Program-made: the position numbers and the translations under genes
The notes under the pieces: generated by a model
Told to the model about the DNA's origin: nothing
Database searches by the model: none
Seen by the model: only the letters and a program-made list of their open reading frames with translations
In this document: positions 10,301-19,771 of the stretch, piece after piece
Position numbering within the stretch: the stretch's first letter is position 1
Layout: every line of letters begins with the position of its first letter
Origin: Alphaproteobacteria bacterium
Lineage (GTDB): Bacteria > Pseudomonadota > Alphaproteobacteria > SP197
DNA: 64,000 bases
Reading direction: 5' to 3'
NCBI GenBank assembly: GCA_965228895.1
Contig: OZ245842.1
Coordinates: 3,872,001 to 3,936,000 of the forward strand

Positions 10301-11239
10301 TCAGGAACCGCCGGCCATCGCTTCGTCGACAAAGGGCTGCCAATAATCCTGGTTGGCATCGACCCATTCGCTGACGACGACCTCAAGGTCCTCGCCGTCG
10401 TTGTCGATACGGCCCATCAGCTCTTCCTGAATCTGGTTGTTCAGGTGATAGGTGTTGATGAAACGCCACGCTGTCGGCCACTGCTCTTCCATGCCGGGCC
10501 ATGCCGACTTGAAGACGCGCGGCTTCTGCAGGCTGTACTCGTTGACCACGTCCTCGGGCATCTCGACCCAGCCGTAGTCCTGGGTGAACAGCACCCAATG
10601 GGGCGACCAGAACATCATGACCAGCGGTGACTGGCGCTCCACCGCGCTGTTCAACTCGGCAACCAGCGCGCCTTCGCTGCCGGCGGGAATGGCGACGAAC
10701 GGAATGCCGGTACCCTCGATAATCTGTTCGGAACGGTTGCTCCAGTCAGCGGGATAGGAGACCAGACGCCCATCCGGCAGCGTCTCCGGCGTCGCGAACA
10801 GATCGGAGCAGCCGAGGAACGCATCCCAATCGGGCAGGCCCGGGCACAGTTCCTCGACATGGATCGGGTAGAGCCAGCCCTCACGCGCGTCGAGGCCGAC
10901 ATCACCGACATCGGCGACACTGCCGTCTTCCAGTTTGCTGGGGAAGTACTCGCCCAAATTGTTGTCCCACAGCTCCAGACCCAGATGGATCTGGCCGTCG
11001 GCGATGGCATTGGCCATCGGCAGCACGGCCGCCGTTACGTACTCCACGTTATAGCCCATGCGCTCCAGGATCTGCCCGGCGATGTGCGACGTGATGTGCT
11101 GACCGGTCCACTCGTTGATCCCGATGACGATCGGCTCATCGGATTCCGGTACGTTTTGTGCCTGTGCGCCGGTCGCAAGACCGATGGCAAGCGCGACGCC
11201 AGCCACGGCGCCCAAAAGCTTTCTGCCCAACAAACCCAT
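10301..11239 (-). CDS. Glycine betaine/TMAO-type ABC substrate-binding protein (ProX/TmoX-like)
   Basis: Signal peptide (AQA), PESDEPIVIGINEWTGQ, EGWLYP...CPGLPDW, FWSPHW; start at ATG 11239. Confidence 0.85.
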   Translation of the reverse strand: MGLLGRKLLGAVAGVALAIGLATGAQAQNVPESDEPIVIGINEWTGQHITSHIAGQILERMGYNVEYVTAAVLPMANAIADGQIHLGLELWDNNLGEYFPSKLEDGSVADVGDVGLDAREGWLYPIHVEELCPGLPDWDAFLGCSDLFATPETLPDGRLVSYPADWSNRSEQIIEGTGIPFVAIPAGSEGALVAELNSAVERQSPLVMMFWSPHWVLFTQDYGWVEMPEDVVNEYSLQKPRVFKSAWPGMEEQWPTAWRFINTYHLNNQIQEELMGRIDNDGEDLEVVVSEWVDANQDYWQPFVDEAMAGGS

Positions 11240-11373
11240 AACGTTTCCTCCCACTTCTTGCTTGTGACCTCTAAGTGCGTTCGCCCGCCTGCAACGTGCA
11301 TCGCGGACGCGACATGAAGTCATTCTAATCATGTGAAACGGGATTCAGAAACCCCGGCGCAGGCCAATCAGAC

Positions 11374-12324
11374 TTATCGCAGTGTCCTGAACCCATCGGC
11401 GACCTCAACCAGGGCCCGCGCAATGCCGGGCTCGCTGACCGCATGTCCGGCATCGGCGACGACGAGATAGCGGGCCTCCGGCCAGGCCCGCGCCAGCGCA
11501 TCCGCGCCGGAGGGTGGACAAACGACATCGTAGCGACCCTGGACGATCGCGCCGGGAATGGCGCGAAGAGGTTCGATTTGGCGCAGCAGCTGGTTCGGCT
11601 TCAGCCAAGCCTTGTTCGCGAAATAGTGACACTCCAGGCGCGCCAGGCTGAGCGCCTTTGTGTCGTCAGCGAAGTCGTCGACCAGCCCGGGATTGGGCAG
11701 CAGTGTCACGCAGGATCCCTCGTAGCGGGCCCAGGCCCGCGCCGCCGGCAGGTGAACCGCGGGATCCCGATCAAGCAGACGGCGGTGGTAGGCAGAAAGG
11801 AGATCACCGTGCTCGTCGTCAGGAATGGCCGCGAGAAAATCGCGCTCGGCTTCGGGGAAGAACCGGCCCATGCCATGCAAGAACCAATCGATGTCGCTAT
11901 CGCGGCACAGAAAGATGCCGCGCAGCATTAGGCTGATGCAGCGTTCGGGATGAGTCCCGGCGTAGGCCAGCGACAGCGTGCTGCCCCACGATCCGCCCGC
12001 GACATGCCAACGTTCGATGCCAAGCTGTTCGCGCAGACGCTCCATATCCGCGACCAGATGCCAAGTCGTGTTATCCGTCACATCAGCGTGGGGCGTTGAA
12101 CGGCCAACGCCGCGCTGGTGGAACAGCACGATGCGGTAGTGATCGGGGTCGAACAGGCGTCGGGCCTCAGGCGATGTCGGCGCGCCCGGCCCGCCATGAA
12201 CGTAAACGACCGGCACGCCATCGGGATTGCCTGCCTGATCCCACGCCATGGTGTGGCGATCATCCAACGGCAGCATGCCGGAGTCATAGGCCTCAATGGC
12301 CGGATAAGGCGTTTTCTGAGTCAT
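11374..12324 (-). CDS. pip: Proline iminopeptidase
   Basis: VHGGPG, QRGVGRSTP, GGSWGSTL, LRGIF, VQGRYDVVCP, DAGH. Confidence 0.95.
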   Translation of the reverse strand: MTQKTPYPAIEAYDSGMLPLDDRHTMAWDQAGNPDGVPVVYVHGGPGAPTSPEARRLFDPDHYRIVLFHQRGVGRSTPHADVTDNTTWHLVADMERLREQLGIERWHVAGGSWGSTLSLAYAGTHPERCISLMLRGIFLCRDSDIDWFLHGMGRFFPEAERDFLAAIPDDEHGDLLSAYHRRLLDRDPAVHLPAARAWARYEGSCVTLLPNPGLVDDFADDTKALSLARLECHYFANKAWLKPNQLLRQIEPLRAIPGAIVQGRYDVVCPPSGADALARAWPEARYLVVADAGHAVSEPGIARALVEVADGFRTLR

Positions 12325-12408
12325 CGGCGGCACCTCTACCACTAATTTGCGCCGATCCACGGCGAGACGGTAAAATGCCGCCAACAATCGGGGCACACCT
12401 TATAGCCA

Positions 12409-13350
12409 ATGATGCCGATCAGGTCCTATCTGGCTGACCGACGCCTGCAGCGGGCGCTTATCGCCGCCACTGGCGCGCTTGTCATCGTCGCCATCGTCAT
12501 CGTGCTCGCGACGACGTCACGCTGGCGCCATGTCACTGTGACGAGTACCCACCGGTTGCTGGCCCTCTATGAGTCCATGGACTACAGCCTGCAGCCGATC
12601 CGCCAAGACGGCAGCCCGGTGCCGCGCATCGATGTGCTCGCCATGCCCGACGACTGGGATACCCTGGCGTCGACAGACGACAAGAAACGCGGCTTCTTCA
12701 AGACGGTGCTGCCATTGGTCCTGCTGGCGAACCGCGGCATCGTCGAGGAACGCACGCGGATAGAAGCGCTCGAATCCGCCTATGCCGACAGCGGAACACT
12801 CAGTGGCAGCGACCTCGATTGGTTGCATGATCTCGCGAAACGCTACCGCTTGGATGTGGATGAGGACGATGAAACGGACACTCTGTTAAAGCGCCTGTTG
12901 ACGCGCGTTGATATCGTGCCGCCCTCCATGGCCTTGGCCCAGGCAGCGATCGAGAGCGGCTGGGGCGGCTCGCGGTTTGCCCTTGAGGGCAACGCGCTGT
13001 TCGGTCAATGGACGTGGGATGGCGAAGGTATGCGGCCGATGCAGGCAGATGCGGACGCGACCTACCGTGTGGCCAGCTTCAAGAACCTCCTGGAGTCGGT
13101 CGAAGCCTACATGCTGAACCTGAACAGTCAGGGCGCCTATGGCGACTTCCGGCGCATCCGCGCCGCCCAACGCGCCCAGGGCGACATTCCGGACGGCCTG
13201 ACACTCGCCACCACGTTGGTGCATTATTCGCAGGAAGGCGCCGTTTACCCCGCCAAGGTCGATAGCATCATTCGCGGCAACCAGCTCGCCCAACTCGATA
13301 ATGCGATTCTCGACAGCGGCGGCACGGGGCTGATCATCCAAACTCGCTAA
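12409..13350 (+). CDS. Bax-like glucosaminidase (GH73) domain protein, paralog 1
   Basis: N-terminal TM; KKRGFFKTVLP; ALAQAAIESGWGGSRFALEGNALFGQW; YMLNLN; HYS. Confidence 0.88.
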   Translation: MMPIRSYLADRRLQRALIAATGALVIVAIVIVLATTSRWRHVTVTSTHRLLALYESMDYSLQPIRQDGSPVPRIDVLAMPDDWDTLASTDDKKRGFFKTVLPLVLLANRGIVEERTRIEALESAYADSGTLSGSDLDWLHDLAKRYRLDVDEDDETDTLLKRLLTRVDIVPPSMALAQAAIESGWGGSRFALEGNALFGQWTWDGEGMRPMQADADATYRVASFKNLLESVEAYMLNLNSQGAYGDFRRIRAAQRAQGDIPDGLTLATTLVHYSQEGAVYPAKVDSIIRGNQLAQLDNAILDSGGTGLIIQTR

Positions 13351-13367
13351 GGCAGGGCGCGCAACCG

Positions 13368-14294
13368 ATGTCAGACGTAGCAAACCGACACAAGCGTTGG
13401 ACCAAGGTAGCGATCGTTGTCGCCGCCCTTATCGTCGTCCTGGCCGTTGTCGTCATTTATGAAGAAGAAACGTCGCGGTGGGAATCGGTCGAGGTCGATG
13501 GCACCGACGGCCTTCTCGCACTTTATGAGTCCAACGACTACATCCTCGCGGTGCTCGGCCGCGGCGACCCGGACGCGCCACGGATCAATGTCGTCGAGAT
13601 TCCAGCCGATTGGGCGGATGTCTCGGACGTCGACAAGAAAAAGGACGGTTTCATCCGCACCGTCTTGCCGCTTGTTCTGCTGACCAACCGCAACATCATG
13701 GATGATCGCAAGCGACTTATGGAACTGGACAAGACACTGTCCGGTGGCGGCTCGATCAGCGACGACGATCAGTCATGGCTGCAAGACCTTGCGACACAAT
13801 ACCGCGTTGATACGGAAGGGCAGGACGATGCCGCCTTGGTCAAGGCATTGTTGCCGCGCGTCGATATCGTGCCACCGTCCCTTGCCCTGGCGCAGGCAGC
13901 CGTTGAGAGCGGATGGGGCCAGTCGCGGTTCGCCCTCAATGGCAATGCGCTGTTTGGTCAGTGGACTTGGGGCGATGACGGCATCCAGGCTGAAGATTCT
14001 TCAAGCCGCGTCGCCAGCTTCGAACAGCTCATCGATTCGGTCGAGGCCTATATGCTGAACCTGAACAGCGAGGGCGCCTACGAATCGCTGCGCAACAAAC
14101 GCGCCGATCAACGGGCCCAAGGCGACCAGCCCGACGGTCTGACCCTCGCCGCGACCCTCGTGCACTATTCTGAGGAAGGCTCGGCCTATGCGGAGAAGAT
14201 CGAAGGCATGATCCGCGACGACAAACTGGCGCCGTTGGATACGGTCGTTCTCGACGATGACGAAATCGGGCTTCTGGTTCAAACGCGGGACTGA
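13368..14294 (+). CDS. Bax-like glucosaminidase (GH73) domain protein, paralog 2
   Basis: Same architecture: ALAQAAVESGWGQSRFALNGNALFGQW; YMLNLN. Confidence 0.88.
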   Translation: MSDVANRHKRWTKVAIVVAALIVVLAVVVIYEEETSRWESVEVDGTDGLLALYESNDYILAVLGRGDPDAPRINVVEIPADWADVSDVDKKKDGFIRTVLPLVLLTNRNIMDDRKRLMELDKTLSGGGSISDDDQSWLQDLATQYRVDTEGQDDAALVKALLPRVDIVPPSLALAQAAVESGWGQSRFALNGNALFGQWTWGDDGIQAEDSSSRVASFEQLIDSVEAYMLNLNSEGAYESLRNKRADQRAQGDQPDGLTLAATLVHYSEEGSAYAEKIEGMIRDDKLAPLDTVVLDDDEIGLLVQTRD

Positions 14295-14305
14295 CGTACG
14301 CCGCG

Positions 14306-15778
14306 TCACGCGCCGGGCGGCAGGGACTTCGCCGTCGTCTGGATGACGTCCCACGCCCGCATCACATGGTCGCGGGTCGTTGCGCGCGCACCGACAGAAA
14401 AACGGATGGCGTAGCGGCCACGCACCATGTTTTGGGTCACGTAGAGCGCGCCCGAATCATTCAGTTTTTGCAACAGACGTTCGTTCAGCGCGTCGAGGCG
14501 TACCTCTGCATCTTCGTCTGATTGATCGGCGAACAGGCGCGGTTTGTAGCGGAAGGAAAAGAGCGCCAGCGACCGGGCCGACGTAATCTCGAAATCCGGG
14601 TGCGCCGCGACCGCCTCGGCAAGCTCTTCGGTCCAGGCGATATGGTCGGCGATCATCGCCTTCAAACCCTCGGCACCGTAATAGCGCAACACGAACCACA
14701 GCTTGAGCGCGCGGAAGCGACGGCCCAGCGGCACACCCCAGTCGCGATAGTCAATGACGTCGCCGGTTTCCGCCGACGTCAGATAGGCCGGGTTGATCGC
14801 GAACGTACGCTGCAAGGCCGCGGGGTCGCGGACCCAATGGGCCGTGCAGTCGAAGTTGGTCAGCAGCCATTTATGCGGGTTCATGGCGATGCTGTCGACG
14901 GCGTCAACGCCCTCAATCATCCAGCGTTGATCTGGCAGCACCAGCGCTGAGCCCGCCCAGGCCGCATCGACATGAAGGAACAGGTTCTCGCGGCGGCAGA
15001 TCTGACCTATCGCCAACAGCGGATCGATACCGCCCGTGCCGGTCGTGCCCAAGGTGGCGACGACACACGCGGGCGTTATGCCCGCGGCGCGGTCGGCTGC
15101 GATCGCGTCGGCCAGCGCTTCCGGGCGCATCGCGAACCGATCGTCCGTCGTGATCTTTCGCACCGCTGCGCTGCCGTAGCCGGCGATCTTGGCGCCCTTC
15201 TCGATCGACGAGTGAGCTTCTTCGGAGACATAGACGGAGAGGCGCACGCCGTCGGCGCCAAGCGCTGTCAGGCCGACCTCGTTGGCCAGCCCATCGGTCA
15301 CGCGTTCGCGCGCCATCAACAGGGCGACGAGCGTAGCGTCGGACGCGGTCGACTGAATGACGCCCGCTAGCCCATCGGGCAGGCCCAGCAACTGGCGCAA
15401 CCAGTCGAGGACCCGTGTCTCCATTTCGGTCGCCGCGGGCGATGTTTGCCACAGCATGCATTGGGCGGCGAGGGTCGCTGTCAGCATCTCGGCCAAGATC
15501 GAGGGTGGACTGGCGTTCGCCGGAAAGTACGCAAAGAAGCTGGGATGCTGCCAATGGGTCACTCCAGGCAGAACAATACTCTTGAAGTCTTGCAGGATCG
15601 CGGCCATCGGCTCGCCAGTTTGCGGAGGCGCAGGAGGCAACTGGTCGGCAATTGCGCCAGGCGAAACCTGGGCGCGAACCGCATGGTCGCCGACTCCCGC
15701 CAGGTAGTCCGCCATCCAGTCGACCAAGGCGTGCGCCTCGCGCCGGAAGTCTTCGGTCTTCATGTCTTCGAACGACAT
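14306..15778 (-). CDS. PLP-dependent group II decarboxylase (aromatic L-amino acid decarboxylase-like)
   Basis: PGVTHWQHPSFFAYFP, SPAATEME, HVDAAWAG, NPHKW (PLP lysine), LGRRFRALKLWFV. Confidence 0.92.
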   Translation of the reverse strand: MSFEDMKTEDFRREAHALVDWMADYLAGVGDHAVRAQVSPGAIADQLPPAPPQTGEPMAAILQDFKSIVLPGVTHWQHPSFFAYFPANASPPSILAEMLTATLAAQCMLWQTSPAATEMETRVLDWLRQLLGLPDGLAGVIQSTASDATLVALLMARERVTDGLANEVGLTALGADGVRLSVYVSEEAHSSIEKGAKIAGYGSAAVRKITTDDRFAMRPEALADAIAADRAAGITPACVVATLGTTGTGGIDPLLAIGQICRRENLFLHVDAAWAGSALVLPDQRWMIEGVDAVDSIAMNPHKWLLTNFDCTAHWVRDPAALQRTFAINPAYLTSAETGDVIDYRDWGVPLGRRFRALKLWFVLRYYGAEGLKAMIADHIAWTEELAEAVAAHPDFEITSARSLALFSFRYKPRLFADQSDEDAEVRLDALNERLLQKLNDSGALYVTQNMVRGRYAIRFSVGARATTRDHVMRAWDVIQTTAKSLPPGA

Positions 15779-15919
15779 GCCAAATCCCCTTGTTCATGAG
15801 GCCGCTTGGATCGTCGGACAGGCTTTGTCCCGGTCAGCGCAACACACTTCATGGTCGCACGTCGCGCGTCACGCCTCTACACTGCCCTACCTGCCTTGTG
15901 TTTCGGGAGTTCCCGATCC

Positions 15920-16819
15920 TTGTCGTCTGCCAACCACGCGCCGAAGGGCCTGACGGGACCCTTGCTTGGCATCGTCTGCATTGCTGCGGCGGTTTTCCTG
16001 TTGTCGGCGTCGGACGCCATTATCAAGGCCCTGCGCGAAGAGCTGCCGACACTTGAGATCATCGCGATCCGCAGCGTGTTCGGCCTGGTGCCCGTTCTGA
16101 TTATCCTGCAGGTACAGCACGCCTGGTCGAGCCTGAAGACAAGGCGACCGGTCGCTCAGATCGTACGCGGCGTTTTGATCGTCATCTCCTACGCGCTATT
16201 TCTGGAAGCGCTCGCGGTCATGCCACTGGCGACCGCTGTCGCCTTGACCTTCTCGGCGCCCATCTTCGTCGCGGCGCTGTCGCCCCTGGTTTTGAAAGAG
16301 CAGGTCTCGATCAAGCGTTGGATCGGTGTCTTCATCGGTTTCGTCGGTGTGCTGGTCATCATGCAGCCGGGACCCGATACGTTCAGGCCGGATGCCCTCT
16401 TTCCGCTAGGCGCGGCCCTCGCCTATGCCAGCGCGTCGCTCTTGGCGCGACGGCTCGGCGCTACCGATCCGCCGGCGGCGACCGCCTTCTTTACCGGCGT
16501 GATGTTCTTCTTTGGCTCGGCGCCCTTCGTTGCCGCCGTGCCAAGTGTGTGGATTACGCCGACAACGGATCATCTTTTGTTGTTGGCGCTTTGCGGTTTC
16601 GTCGCCGGCACCGCGCACTTTTTGATCATTGCCGCCTATCGTCACGCCCAGGCATCAATGGTCGCACCGTTCGAGTACACCGCCCTGGTCTGGGCCGCGC
16701 TCTTCGGCCTTGTGTTCTACGACGAGCTGCCGGACTTCGTGACCTTCTGCGGCATCGCGCTGATCATCTCGGGCGGCCTATGGATTATCTATGGCGAGCG
16801 CAGGCGCTCAGTCGCCTGA
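15920..16819 (+). CDS. DMT/EamA family transporter
   Basis: About 10 TM; LKEQVSIKRW, APFEY motifs; TTG start after GGGAG (start uncertain). Confidence 0.88.
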   Translation: MSSANHAPKGLTGPLLGIVCIAAAVFLLSASDAIIKALREELPTLEIIAIRSVFGLVPVLIILQVQHAWSSLKTRRPVAQIVRGVLIVISYALFLEALAVMPLATAVALTFSAPIFVAALSPLVLKEQVSIKRWIGVFIGFVGVLVIMQPGPDTFRPDALFPLGAALAYASASLLARRLGATDPPAATAFFTGVMFFFGSAPFVAAVPSVWITPTTDHLLLLALCGFVAGTAHFLIIAAYRHAQASMVAPFEYTALVWAALFGLVFYDELPDFVTFCGIALIISGGLWIIYGERRRSVA

Positions 16820-17410
16820 ATCGCCGGTGACGTGGCGTTCCAGCAGGTCCATCCGGTCGACGCCGAAGAAGAGCTTGCCGCCCGCGACAAAACTCGGCAC
16901 GCCGAACAGGTCCTGGTCGACAGCTTCTTGGGTGTTGGCGTCGACAGCGGCCTTGTAGGCGGCATCTTCGGCTATCTCCGAAATCGGCCGTGGACCCAAG
17001 CCGACCTTGTCGGCCACCGCCTGCAGCGCGGTGAAATCCGAGATATCCATCGCTTCCGACCAGTACCCCGTCATCACCGCGCTGACGAAAGCTTCGGCCA
17101 GACCTCGCTCACCCGCATAGACGCACGCACGCAACGCCCGAGAGGGCCGCAAGGGGTAATCAGGGTGAGGCCGCAGCGGCAGACCATAGAGCGCGGCGTG
17201 ATCTTTTAGATCCTGTTCGTACCACGCGACCCGACCGGGACTTTGCTTGAGCGGCTGCATCCCGTCGATCAGGGTCATCAGGTTCGCCAGATGCAGCGGC
17301 CGCCAGACGACATCCGATCCTACGCGCCGTGCGAGATCACCGATGCGTTGGCTCGCCAGATAACACCAGGGGCTATGCACATCGAACCAGAAGGTGATGG
17401 CGGCGCTCAC
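16808..17410 (-). CDS. DsbA-like 2-hydroxychromene-2-carboxylate isomerase / GST-kappa family
   Basis: FWFDVHSPWCYLA, FGVPSF, FFGVDR. Confidence 0.88.
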   Translation of the reverse strand: MSAAITFWFDVHSPWCYLASQRIGDLARRVGSDVVWRPLHLANLMTLIDGMQPLKQSPGRVAWYEQDLKDHAALYGLPLRPHPDYPLRPSRALRACVYAGERGLAEAFVSAVMTGYWSEAMDISDFTALQAVADKVGLGPRPISEIAEDAAYKAAVDANTQEAVDQDLFGVPSFVAGGKLFFGVDRMDLLERHVTGDSGD

Positions 17411-18210
17411 GATGCCTTCGGCCAGATCAGTGGAAACGCCGGTGCATCCATGGGATCGCCGTGTTTAAGCGTGACATCGGGAAACGGTGGCGACGTCATG
17501 CCCGGGCGCTCGGCAAAGCTCGCGTCGTCGCCTACCCACCGCGACGAGAACGCGCGCCGGCGCGTGTCAAGCGATCGGTTGGGCGGCGCGCCATGCAAGG
17601 TGCGGAACGAGAAGGCGACCGCATCGCCCGGCTCCAACGCCCATCCCAGGATCTCATAGTCCTCGCGGTGACCGTCGATATCGGGCAGCGCCTCGAACGT
17701 GCCGTCGTCATAAAGCGGCGTCTTGTTGAAACGCTCGGGCGTGAAGAAACGGCCCCAGGCGTGGGACCCACCGACGAACTCAAGTGTCGTCTCGCGCGGC
17801 ACCGGGTCCAGCACCAGCCACAGGCTGCACGTCATCGCGCCGTCGACGCAGTAATAGGGCTGATCCTGATGCCATGGCGTCGCGATCGACGTGCCCGGCT
17901 CCTTGACCAGGACATGCTCGTGGAACAGGCGCGCTGTGGTCGAACCCATGAGCGCGGCGGCAACGCCGGATGCATCCGAGCCGAACAGGAACTCCCGGTA
18001 CTCAGGGATACGGTCCCAACTGCAGTAGTCGCCGAAGAAGCGGCGGCCCTCGTCATCGTCGTAGATGCGCGCGATCGGACTGGGCGCCGCCATGTTGGCC
18101 TCGATGCCGCGCTGCAAGGTCTCAACCCAGTCGGTGAACACGCCATAAAGCGGCACCGCGCCATCGCGGCGAAACGCGTCGACAACCTTGCTGTCCAGAT
18201 CGTACGCCAT
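17407..18210 (-). CDS. PhyH family Fe(II)/2OG dioxygenase
   Basis: TPWHQDQPYY, GSH, EPGDAVAF..TLHGA, RRAFSSRW; 4-nt overlap with downstream gene. Confidence 0.9.
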   Translation of the reverse strand: MAYDLDSKVVDAFRRDGAVPLYGVFTDWVETLQRGIEANMAAPSPIARIYDDDEGRRFFGDYCSWDRIPEYREFLFGSDASGVAAALMGSTTARLFHEHVLVKEPGTSIATPWHQDQPYYCVDGAMTCSLWLVLDPVPRETTLEFVGGSHAWGRFFTPERFNKTPLYDDGTFEALPDIDGHREDYEILGWALEPGDAVAFSFRTLHGAPPNRSLDTRRRAFSSRWVGDDASFAERPGMTSPPFPDVTLKHGDPMDAPAFPLIWPKAS

Positions 18211-18328
18211 CGCTTACCATCAATCAGATAGTCCAGAGCTTGGCAAGGCCAGTCCCTTCGCGCAAGCCGGTTGACGGGGCCGACCGGCGCCCTAACCTCG
18301 GCCTCTCACGTTTCCCCGGAGGTATCGC

Positions 18329-19183
18329 GTGGCGCAACAGCTCGAAGTCTTTCAATCCCTATGGGCGATGGAGCGGCGCGCACCCGACGGCAAGGAGTGG
18401 TCGCTGCCGGAGAAATTCCGCATGATCGCCGAGGGTGGTTATGACGGCCTCTCCATCGACATGGCGGCCAGCGACATTCCGACCGTCGAAGAAGCCCGGC
18501 CCCTGTTCAAGGAGTTCGGCCTGGAATGTCTGATCGTCGCTTTTCCGCACGAGGTCGAGGATCTTAAACCGGTCTACGACATGGCTCGTGAACTGGGTGC
18601 GCGCCTTGTCGCAATCAACGCCGTCACCTTTCCGTTCACGCCTGAGGAAGGCGCTGATTTCGTGCAGCGTTCCCTGGACCTTGCGCGGGAGAGTGGTGTT
18701 GAAGCGCATTTCGAGACCCATCGCCTGACATTGACCACCGACATGCTCTACACGATCCAGGTCATGGATCTGGTGCCGGAGATGGAGCTCGTCTGCGACC
18801 TCTCACACTTCGTTGTCGCGCGCGAGTTCATCGTGCCGCCCGATGACTTCCATGCCGAGCAAATCGACCGCGTCCTCAAACGCTGCGTCGGTCTACAAGG
18901 TCGGATCGCGACACGTGAACAGGTCCAGATTCAGCCGACGTTCGCCCAGCACAAGGCCTGGGTCGATCTGTTCTGGTCGTGGTGGGAACAGGGTTTTCGC
19001 TATTGGCGGGCGCGCAAAGGCCCGGACGCCATCATGAATTTCCTGTGTGAGTTGGGCCCGCCGCCTTACGCCATCACCAACGCCGATGGCAACGAGTTGT
19101 CGGACCGATGGGAGGATGCACAACAGTTCAAGGAGGGTATCCGCGCGCTGTGGGCGCGTCTGGAGGCGGACGGCTCCCCCTAG
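18329..19183 (+). CDS. Xylose-isomerase-like TIM barrel (sugar phosphate isomerase/epimerase family)
   Basis: QSLWAM, FETHR, DLSH, ELGPPPYAI. Confidence 0.75.
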   Translation: MAQQLEVFQSLWAMERRAPDGKEWSLPEKFRMIAEGGYDGLSIDMAASDIPTVEEARPLFKEFGLECLIVAFPHEVEDLKPVYDMARELGARLVAINAVTFPFTPEEGADFVQRSLDLARESGVEAHFETHRLTLTTDMLYTIQVMDLVPEMELVCDLSHFVVAREFIVPPDDFHAEQIDRVLKRCVGLQGRIATREQVQIQPTFAQHKAWVDLFWSWWEQGFRYWRARKGPDAIMNFLCELGPPPYAITNADGNELSDRWEDAQQFKEGIRALWARLEADGSP

Positions 19184-19318
19184 AGCGGATCATGGTCAGA
19201 TGGAACCGCTTGACGGTCCCATTTGACCATGTGAATCCGCTCTCCATCTGAGAGTAGAGCAGATTCACCTGCCTTGATGCTATCGCGAAGCGATTCCATC
19301 AAAACAGGGTCTGCTCTA
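19181..19318. repeat. Bipartite palindromic repeat, copy 2; fills the whole gap between convergent genes
   Basis: TAGAGCGGATC...GAATCCGCTCTC plus TAGAGCAGATTC...TCTGCTCTA; terminal TAG/CTA are the stop codons of both neighbours. Confidence 0.9.
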
Positions 19319-19690
19319 GTGCTGAGCATCGGCCTGCTGCAGGACCCAGCCGTTACCGTCGGGGTCGCTGAACATCGCAAAGCGGCCCCAGGGTGTGTCG
19401 CCGACCTCGGTGATTTCGACACCCTTGGCGGCTATGGCATCGCGGTCGGCCTCGATGTCATCGGAGTTCAAGACCAAACCTTGCACCGATCCCGCCGGCA
19501 TCTTGTCGAGCCAGGTCACCAGCGTCAGACTTGTCTCCGCCCCCTTCGGGCCGACCTGGACCCAGCGCTGGTCGGGGCCCATCGGGTTATCGCGTATGAC
19601 CTCGAAGCCAAGCGTATCGGCATAGAAGTCCCTGGCCGCGGCCTGGTCGGACACGGGCACGGAGATAATCGCAATGCGGTTGAGTGACAT
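19316..19690 (-). CDS. VOC/glyoxalase family protein
   Basis: VPVSDQAAARDFYADTLGF...PWGRFAMFSDPDGNGW. Confidence 0.9.
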   Translation of the reverse strand: MSLNRIAIISVPVSDQAAARDFYADTLGFEVIRDNPMGPDQRWVQVGPKGAETSLTLVTWLDKMPAGSVQGLVLNSDDIEADRDAIAAKGVEITEVGDTPWGRFAMFSDPDGNGWVLQQADAQH

Positions 19691-19771
19691 GGCTCTTTCC
19701 TTGGTCGGCGCTCTCCCCGACTATAGGCCATCCAGCTCACGCCACGACACCGCCTGCACAAGCCCCAGACC

